Below, in pieces: positions 50,567 to 60,000 of a stretch of DNA of 60,000 nucleotides (position 1 is its first letter; every line of letters begins with the position of its first letter). The notes under the pieces were generated by a model. That model saw nothing but the letters and a program-made list of their open reading frames with translations, was not told where the DNA came from and did not search any database. Position numbers and translations under genes: made by a program. Origin of the DNA: Lytechinus pictus (taxonomy: Eukaryota); assembly GCF_037042905.1 (NCBI RefSeq), contig NC_087245.1, forward strand, positions 7,938,001 to 7,998,000. The letters run 5' to 3'.

Positions 50567-51198
50567 ACCCACTCGGAATGAACTCATACGAAACTCGCTG
50601 TAACTCGGGGTGCTCGATCTAAAGTCGCGCTAATCTCGTGGGCACCTCCACTTGACTCGTAAAACGATCGCAATGCTCGTATCTCGCTCTTGAAAACTCG
50701 GAACGCACTCGAGTATACTCAGATGTGGCGAGTTATTACGAGTTATCACGAGTTTATCTCGAGCTTCTTACGAGTTATTGCGAGTATTGCGAGTATATAA
50801 CGAGTTCAGCACGAGTTACAGCGAGTTAGCAAAATTTTTGAACATGTTCAAACATTTTGAAACTGCTCACGACTTCAAGGAGACCCACTCGGAATGAACT
50901 CATACGAAACTCGCTGTAACTCGGGGTGCTCGATCTAAAGTCGCGCTAATCTCGTGGGCACCTCCACTTGACTCGTAAAACGATCGCAATGCTCGTATCT
51001 CGCTCTTGAAAACTCGGAACGCACTCGAGTATACTCAGATGTGGCGAGTTATTACGAGTTATCACGAGTTTATCTCGAGCTTCTTACGAGTTACTGCGAG
51101 TATTGCGAGTATATAACGAGTTCAGCACGAGTTACAGCGAGTTAGCAAAATTTTTGAACATGTTCAAAAATTTTGAAACTGCTCACGACTTCAAGGAG
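50567..51198. repeat. Near-perfect 316-bp tandem duplication
   Basis: 50567-50882 versus 50883-51198; only two differences noticed. Confidence 0.92.
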
Positions 51199-51446
51199 AG
51201 TTGTCCCGAGCTTGAACGAGCTCCGCCGAGCCATGCCGAGTTGTCGCGAGTTATCCCGAGTTTCATGGTGAGCTTTATGCGAGTTATCGCGAGTGCCCCA
51301 TTTTGGCAACTCGCTATAACTCGCCATAAATCGCGATGTTAACTCGCCAAAGTGGAAACCTTATTTTGGAAAACAAACCCCTTTTATCTTAGGTGGTGAC
51401 TGGCATTGTATGTTGGATACAAAGAAAGATGTTCAGGACAGTCAAA

Positions 51447-53419
51447 TAGTCCATGATAGGCCCCATAGAAAATTGACCAAACCTTGTTTTTTTTATAGAT
51501 ACAATATTTTTTGATGGTTTCTTGTCAATTCGAGGGTGCTGATTACGAATCTGGATGATGCCACTCGTGTAACCTTGAGCATTTTCCGCAAATTGGCAAA
51601 ATGCAATATGGCCGCCAAAATATGCAAATTACCCATGAAAATCATAACATTGTCCGCACATTGGCTATGAAATACATGAAATTGTGTGGCAGGAGTGAAA
51701 TACAATCTTAAAAAATAATTTTCGACAAAAATATTTATTTTCCTGATATTAAAAATGGCCGCCATAGGCAATTGTATACACTATTATGTACAATATGAAT
51801 ATGAAAACTAATTTTCATAAAAATGAGCACTAAACTGCAAAAAATCGCGATGTATGAACGAAGTAATATATGCAAATCATCATTAGTAACGAGATATATC
51901 ATATATTATGTCATATATGGGAACATTACTGTATTTTGATGTCTAAATTATAGCCGCCACTGGCCCATAAGAGTATTATGTACAATGGCAGTGGCCGGGG
52001 CCAGAAAAATGACAAGAATGAGCACTAAAATGCATATTATTAAGATAAACGAGTGGAATACTGACTAAAAACATAATTGTTAATATGTAATTTATGTGAT
52101 AAATGCTGTATTTTGAAATTCAAAATGGCCGCCATAGCCCCTATATTTATTATGTACAATGCGAATGAAGAAACTAATTTTCACATGAGTAAGAAACATA
52201 AAATGCATGTAATTGTGATCTACGAGTAAAATATTGTCTGACAACATGTTTTATAGCAAGACATGTCATTTCTTTTGTCATGCATGAGATAAATGCTGTA
52301 TTATGAAATTCAAAATGGCCCCTATAGCAGTATAGGCCCTAACAGTATTATCTACAATGTGAATGGGGACATATAATTTTGTAAGAATTTGGATTTGCTT
52401 CACTATGACATCCATATAATCCTGTTGTATGAGTAAAACGTTATTTGAAAACATTTTTTATAGTATTTCTTCTGCCATATAGGTGATAAATACTGTATTT
52501 TGACATTCAAAATAATCTCTACAAGCCCTAACTAAATTATGTAACATGCGAACAGGGAAACTAATTTTCACAAGAGTGAGAATCATAAAATGCATATTAC
52601 TGTGATGTACGAGTAAAAATATTGTCTTAAACATTATTTCTAACTAAAAACATCACATATTGGTCGTGGAGGTAATAAATGCTGTACTTTGAAATCCAAA
52701 ATGGCTGCCATAGGTCCTAAAAGTACTGTGTATATTGTAACATGGGACATATAATTTTGACAGAATTTGGCTTTGCTTGACTCTAAATATTGCATACAAT
52801 TGTGAATTGTGATTAAGGTGATAAATGTTGCATTTTTAAATTGAAAATGGCCACCATAGGCACTTATCGTATTATATGCAATTTGAGTGGAGACAAATAA
52901 TGTTCACAAAAAGGGCATATGGCAGCCATTTTGAATGTTGAAATACAGTATTTATCACCTAAATTGCATAAGATATGATATATTTTGTTATAAATCATGT
53001 TTTCAGACAATATTTCACTCATACATCACCATTTGGCCATGCAAAGCCAAATTCTGTTAAAATGATTTGTTCCCATTCACATTGTGCATAATACCGTAAG
53101 GGCCTGTAGCGGCCATTTTGACTTTAACATAACAGTATTTATCACCTTTTTGTCAAAAATTATTTTTTCAGATAGTATTTCACTCCTGCCACACAATTTC
53201 ATGCATTTCATAGCCAATGTGCGGACAATTTTATGATTTTCATGGGTAATTTGCATATTTTGGCGGCCATATTGGATTTTGCCAATTTTCGGAAAATGCT
53301 CAAGGTTACACGAGTGGCATCATTCAGATTCGTAATCAGCACTCTCGAATTGACAAGAAACCATCAAAAAATATTGTATATATAAAAAAACAAGGTTATG
53401 CCTCTTCTATCCTGGACTA
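51447..53419. mobile_element. Academ-like foldback non-autonomous element, copy 1
   Basis: AAA|TAGTCCATGATAG ... CTATCCTGGACTA|AAA (3-bp TSD, TAG..CTA ends), about 250-bp TIRs, internal units of about 180 bp. Confidence 0.75.
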
Positions 53420-54763
53420 AAAGTTCATATTATAAAACACCGCAAAAACTAATTCAACTTTGTAAACAAAGAAGATTGATAGATATTTTGAGAAAGACCC
53501 ATTTTAATACGAAACAATTCACGTGGAGAAAATTATCTTTGAGAGTTGCATTAAGACTTGATTATTGGTTAATAAGTAAAAGCCTGCAAGCAAAGGTCAC
53601 ATCAACTGATATAAGACCCAGCTTTAAAGCAGACCATAATGTTATTTCTCTCAAATAGACAACCTCAAATTTTTTAAAAGGAAGAGGGTGTTGGAAAATG
53701 AATACAGAGGTTTTAAAAGAAAAATGTTATCAAGAGAAAATGAGATTATTAATCAATAGTATTTTAGAAAGTACAAATTTATCTCCCATGAATATATGGG
53801 AAAACATAAATATTAAAGCACGTGAATTCACACAGAGGTATTGTATAAGCAAGGCCTGCAAAAAGAAAGATAAGAAGACTATTTCAGAAAAAAAGATTTG
53901 CTGAACTCCAAAGAAAAATTGATGTTGACATTGATCTTAGTGAACAGAAAGAATACATTTGCATAAAAAAGAATTGGAACAAATATATGAAAGAGAGTGT
54001 AAAGGTGCTGCTATTAGAGCAAGAGTCAGGTGGTTAGAAAAAGGTGAAATGTGCACAAGTTATTCTTCAGGTTTAGAGAAATATAATTCAGATAAAATCA
54101 ATATTGTACTAAACAAACGAAATATTTCAGAAAGTATTCATTGTTATATAGATAATCTGATATCGATAAAACTGAGAGAAATAATTCCATCAACTCAGTT
54201 CATGTTCCAAAGCTGAGTGATGAGAGAAGAAAAAAATGTGAAAGATTGTTAACAAGTGCCGAATGCAAACGTGCTGCATGCCTTTTCTATGAATAAAAAT
54301 AAATCACCTTGTCTGGATATGGTATTCCCATAGAGTTTTACCAAACCTTTTGGGACGACATCAAATATATTTTATTGAGCGCTCTTAATGGATGCTTCAC
54401 AAAGAGAGAAATGTCTGAAAGTCAGAAAGCTGGTCTTATTACAATGATTTATGAGAAAGGAGACCATAGAAATCTAGAAAACTAGAGGCTAATCTCGCTT
54501 TTAAATTGCGATCATAAAATAATGGCCGCAGTTTTGGTCGCACGATTGAAATCGGTTATTGGACAGATCGTTAACGAAGAACAAATGAGCTTTATGCGAG
54601 TTATCGCGAGTGCCCCATTTTGGCAACTCGCTATAACTCGCCATAAATCGCGATGTTAACTCGCCAAAGTGGAGACCTTATTTTGGAAAACAAACCCCTT
54701 TTATCTTAGGTGGTGACTGGCATTGTATGTTGGATACAAAGAAAGATGTTCAGGACAGTCAAT

Positions 54764-57538
54764 TAGTCCAGGATAGGCCCCATAGAAAATTGACCAAACC
54801 TTGTTTTTTCATATATACAATTTTTGTATGGTTTCTTGTCAATTCGAGGGTGCTGATTTCGAATCTGAATGATGCCACTCGTGTAACCTTGAGCATTTTC
54901 CGCAAATCGGCAAAATCCAATATGGCCGCCAAAATATGCATATTACCCATGAAATTCATAAAATTGCCAGCAAATTGGCTATAAATGTATGAAATTGTGT
55001 TGCAGGAGTGAAATACTCTCTGAAAAAAAAAAACGATTTTTGACAAAAAAAAAACATTTTCTAGATATTCAAAATGGCCGCCATAGACCCCTGTATTCTG
55101 TATTATGTACAATATGAATGGGGAAAACTAAATTTCACAAAAGTGAGCACTAAATGCAAGTAATTGTGATTTTTAGTGAAATAATGGATGGAAATATGAT
55201 TGCTAACTAAATGTATCATTTGTTGTGTCATGTGTGTAATCAATGATGCAGTTTAATATTCAAAAAGCCACCAAATGCCCTGACAGTATTATGTACAATG
55301 TTAATGGGGACAAAAGAAAATCACAAGAGTGAGTACTAAAATGCATATTACTAGTATTAAGATAAGCGAGTGGAATACTGGCTAAAAACATGATTTTTAA
55401 CAAAATATAAATGCAATTTATGTGATAAATGCTGTATTTTGACATTCAAAATGGCCGCCTTAGGCCCATTTTACATTATGTAAATGCGATTGGAGAAACT
55501 AATTTTCATAAGAGTAAGAACTATAAAATGCATGTAATTGTGATCACCGAGTAAAATAATGTCTGAAAACATGTTTTCTAGCGAAACATATCATTTCTTT
55601 TGTCATGCATGAGATTAATGCTGTATTGTGAAATTCAAAATGGCCCCTATATGCCCTAACAGTATTATCTACAATGTGAATGGGGACATGTAATTTTGTA
55701 ACAATTTGGATCTACTTGACTATGAAATCCATAAAATCCTGTTTTATGATAAAACATTATTTGAAAACATGATTTTTATGAAATAAAGCATTTCTTCTGC
55801 CATGTAAGTGATAAATACTGTATTTTTACATTCAAAATAGCTGATACAAGCCCTAATTAAATTATGTTACATGTGTATAGGGAATCTACTTTTTACAAGA
55901 GTGAGAATCGTAAAATGCATGTAACTGTGATGTATGAGTAAAAATATTGTGTTAAACATGATTTCTACATAAATACATCACATATTGGTCTTGGAGATAA
56001 TAATGCTGTACTTTGAAATTCAAAATGACTGCCATAGGTCCTAAAAGTATTATGTACATTGTAATTTGGGACATATACTTTTGACAGAATTTGGCTTTGC
56101 TTGACTATAAGTATTGCATTATAATTGTGATGTAAGAGTGAAATGTTGTCTAAAACCATGGTTCCTAACGAGGTATATCATATCTGGTGTATTTAAGGTG
56201 ATAAATGCTGCATTCTGAAATGGAAAATGACCACCAAAGGGCCCTTATTGTATTATGTACAATTTGAATGAGGACAGATAATATTTTCACAAAAGGGCAT
56301 ATGGCGGCCATTTTGAATTTTGAAATATAACATTTAACACCTAAATTTTAGATGATATGATATATTTCGTTATTAATCATGTTTTCGGACAATATTTCAC
56401 TCATACAACACCATTTAGTCAAGCAAAGCCAAAATCTGTTAAAATCATATGTCCCCATTCACATTGTACATAATAGTGTTGGGGCCTGTAGCGGCCATTT
56501 TGAATTTCAAAATACAGTATTTATCACCTACCTGGCAGAAGTGATATATCTTGTTAGAAATTATGCTTTCAGACAATATTTTACTCATAGATCACAAGTA
56601 CGTGCATTTATGGTGCTCACTCGTGTGAAAATTTATTTCCTAGTTCGCATTGTAAATAATACAATCAATGTCTATGGCGGCCATTTTGAAAGTCAAAATA
56701 CAGTATTAAACACAAACTTTAAAACCTGAATGATTATATTTCGTTAAAAATTGTGTTTTTTTAGACAGAATCCCATTTATTATCACAAATAAATGCATTT
56801 CAGTGCTCACTCTTGTGATTTCTTTTCTCTTCTTTCTCATTGTGCATAAAACTTTTAGGGCCCTTGGCAGCCATTTTGAATATAAAAATACAACATTCAT
56901 TACACACATGGCATATCAATAATATATTTAGTTAACTATTATGTTTTTAGTCAGTATTCCACTCGTTTAATCTTCATAATAAGCATTTTAGTGATCACTC
57001 TTGTGAATTTGCCATTGTATGCAATACTGTTTGGGCCAGTGGGACCTATTTTGAATATTAAATACAACAGCATTCCCATACATGACATAATAAATGATAC
57101 ATCATGTTAGCATTAATGATTTTCATGTATTAATTCGTCCATAGATCACAATTACTTGCAGTTTAGTGATCATTTTTGTGAAAAATTATTTTTCCCTATT
57201 CATGTTGTACATAATAGAGTATACAGAGGTCTGAGACGGCTATTTTGAATATCAAGAAATAATTATTTTGTCAAAATGTGCTTTTTTCAGAGAGTATTTC
57301 ACTCCGGCATCACAATTTTATACATTTCATAGCCAATTTGCTGGCAAATTTTATGATTTTCATGGGTAATATGTAATTTTGGCGGCCATATTGAATTTTG
57401 CCAATTTGCGGAGAATGCTCAAGGTTACACGAGTGGCATCATTCAGATTCGTAATCAGCACCCTCGAATTGACAAGAAACCATCACAAAATATTGTATAT
57501 ATGAAAAAACAAGGTCATGCCTCTTCTACCCTGGACTA
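54764..57538. mobile_element. Academ-like foldback non-autonomous element, copy 2 (longer, different subfamily)
   Basis: TAGTCCAGGATAG ... CTACCCTGGACTA, long TIRs, mirrored AAAATGGCCGCC units. Confidence 0.75.
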
Positions 57539-59836
57539 CATCGCCTGTCAGCTTACAATATAGTCTTACAATTGATGTCATTGAATTTATGAAAAGAAAA
57601 CACTTTGGTGCTATAATGATGGCAGACTTTTCTAAAGCTTTCGATGTAATAGATATCAATTTTGTGTCTTCATGTCTGGAAAAAAAATGAATTTTGGAAA
57701 CAATTTTCAGACATGGATAAAAGTATTGTACACAGATATTCGAAGCTCAGTATTTGCTGATTAGTAAATGGCTGGATATCAGAGTCCTTTTCAATACAAA
57801 GGGGAATCAGACAAGGTTGCCCACTTCCTCGCAGCAGAATTTATGTCTAACAAAACAAAAAATAATGAATACATAAGAGGTATACCTGTTTTGAAACCAG
57901 AAGATAATTGTGAGGTTAAAGTACTACAATATGCTGACGATACCCTGTTCTTTGTGTTAGATAAAAGATCACTAGAATTGATAAATGAAGGAATTGAGTT
58001 ATTTGGGAATGTAGCAGGTCCAAAACTTAATAAAACTAAAACAATGATAATGTGGGTTGGGGAGAAGTATCTCCAAATGGTCACTCAATGATATTGGTCT
58101 ATCATGGACAGGTATTCCTACAAAATACTTAGGGTTTTACATCTTACCTGATATAGAAAAAGCACGTAAATTGAACTGGGAAAGTAAACTAACGAAATTG
58201 CAAAGATTATTAGATAATTGGAGAAAAAGAAAGCTTACTATTTTTGGAAGAGTAATCATTGTCAAGACTCTAGGTTTAAGTCACTTAGTTCACATTCTCA
58301 TGGTTGATATTATTCCTGAGAAAATGTTAAACAGACTGAATTATTTAATATATACTTTTATTTGGCAAACAAAGATTGAAAAAGTGAAACGAACTATTAT
58401 GACCAAGAAACTGGACAATGGAGGGGTCAACATGATTGAGCTTTCGACTAAGATGAATGGGGCGCACTCTTGCGTCAAGTAAAGGAATGTGGTGTAAATT
58501 TAGCCTTTATTGGTTTAATATTTTAGGTGGTTTGAAACTACTCCTTAATTCAGACTTTGATGCTTGGAATATAAAACGTATATGTAAGCACCATCTTCCA
58601 GTATTTTACATTGAATATTACAGGCCTGGTTAAAGATAAAGAAAAATGCTTGTTTAAAATATCATCCTAAAGTACATGGACTACAATACAAAATTTTGTG
58701 GCACAATGAAAATGTAACCTTTCGCAACATCGACCGATTTTTGGAAGGATGGTAAAAATCTGGGATAGGATTTTTGAAAGATATTCTCAGGAATGGAAAA
58801 TTCTTACCTACAATGGAAATTCATTCCCTTCTTAAATCGCAGAAGAGTAAGCAAAAATTGATATTTGACTACACTTTATTACGTTAGGCTATCCATAAAA
58901 TTTGGATAAATGATAATAAAACACTTTGTACCATTTGCAATAATAAACCTTCATTAGTGATTCCCAAAATAGATGGAGCAAAAAATCATATTAAATACAT
59001 TCATGATATTTTAAGTAAAGAATTCGATAGACTCTTATCTTTAGATGCATCGGGCACTAACATATGCTCTTTGTATTGGGAACAGATAATTGGGTCACCA
59101 CTAAATTTGACAAAATTTTTTAAAAGAAACTCGCGTTAATGTAAAGAAAATAAACTGAAAGAATTCAATTTTAAGGTTATATATAATTTGTTGCCAGAAA
59201 GAAAGAATTTGTTTAAATTCAATGCTATAACAGAAGGGAGATGCCCGCATTGTTGCGTGGACGAAGATAATGTACATGCTTTCGTTGATTGTAACCTATA
59301 CAAGAGATTATTTTCCTATTTGACAATAGCTAAGTTTAAATACAATGTCGACCTTCAAATAACAGAATTACATTTACTTATAGCTCACAGAGAAACCGGA
59401 CTAGATTCGTTTCTTACAATTGCTTTTTGGTGCATTTATAAATATATACTTATAAGAAATGAAACAGGAAAAGATTGTCGAGAATCAAAATTTTGAATAT
59501 TTGTTTGAAAAAGAATTATGTAAACATGTAATGTGATTTGGAATGTTCAATTATGAATATGATAAATGCCCATGGTGGCGTTAATAAAAAAATACCTATT
59601 TTCACAAGCATAATTATCAAAAATATCCTAATGTTATTCCTTATAAAGTTATGTACATGATTATGATTAGGTCTCATTATGGCGCCTTAGTTGATGATTC
59701 ATCAGAAAGTGCGCAGTAGAAATACTTATCATTATATTTATTATCAAGTCAAGTCCTAGCTAATATAGTAAATTGTTGTATAAAATGTTCTATACTAGAA
59801 GCAAAAGAAATTCTGAAATCACTTGTTTATTATTAA

Positions 59837-60000
59837 AGGGCAAGTCCACTCCAGAAAAAAGTTGATTTGAATAAATATAGAGAAATCAAACAAGCATAAC
59901 ACTGAAAATTTCATCAAAATCGGATGTAAAATAAGAAAGTTATGAAATTTTAAAGTTTCGCTTATTTTTCACAAAACAGTGTTATGCTTGTTTGATTTTT
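59837..60000. mobile_element. TTAA-type MITE family A, truncated by window end
   Basis: TTAA|AGGGCAAGTCCACTCCAG; homologous to 516-660. Confidence 0.8.

Larger units (their letters stand above)
48984..51360. mobile_element. Non-autonomous TIR element (Harbinger-like) rich in CGAG/CTCG subterminal repeats, with nested inserts
   Basis: TAA|GGTTTCCACTTTGGCGAGTT ... AACTCGCCAAAGTGGAAACC|TTA (or TA TSD with AGG/CCT ends). Confidence 0.8.
48618..59592 (+). mobile_element. Tx1/L1-clade LINE ORF2 remnant (APE, RT, CCHC), broken into four blocks by nested insertions
   Basis: LSLNVR, VDILFLQETYW, FSHGTNHSCGVAVL, NVYAP (48618-48980); LGGDW (51364-51446); RLDYWLIS, ADHN (53420-54585); DFSKAFD, LQYADD, CPHC..EDNVHAFVDC, AATAAA plus A tail (57539-59592). 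Confidence 0.9.

Overview
AT-rich, repeat-dense eukaryotic DNA. The repeat landscape and the HYR/SEA/EGF gene suggest a sea urchin or related marine deuterostome (inference). One host gene can be reconstructed on the minus strand from ten phase-compatible GT-AG exons (46584 to 18964, 1562 nt, about 519 aa). Its 5' part was not found and probably lies beyond the window. It encodes a type I membrane protein: HYR, cadherin/Ig-like, SEA (GSVIA cleavage motif), EGF, TM, Tyr-rich tail. The introns and flanks hold a near-full-length but mutated DIRS-superfamily tyrosine-recombinase retrotransposon (gag-CCHC, RT, RNase H, Dam-like methyltransferase, YR split by a SINE), three degenerate LINEs (L2/Crack-like, Tx1/L1-like, I/Nimb-like), tRNA-derived SINEs, and many non-autonomous DNA transposons (TTAA/Kolobok-type, hAT-like, PIF/Harbinger, Tc1/mariner, CACT-terminated, Academ-like), often nested. 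Most notable: an apparent in-frame spliceosomal intron in the DIRS pol, a head-to-head Harbinger palindrome just upstream of the last exon, a stop-overlapping alternative acceptor that could switch the receptor tail, a transposon-made in-frame candidate cassette exon, and a 177-bp microhomology-bounded templated duplication. No CRISPR, rRNA or true tRNA genes were found. All family assignments are from motif recognition, not database searches.
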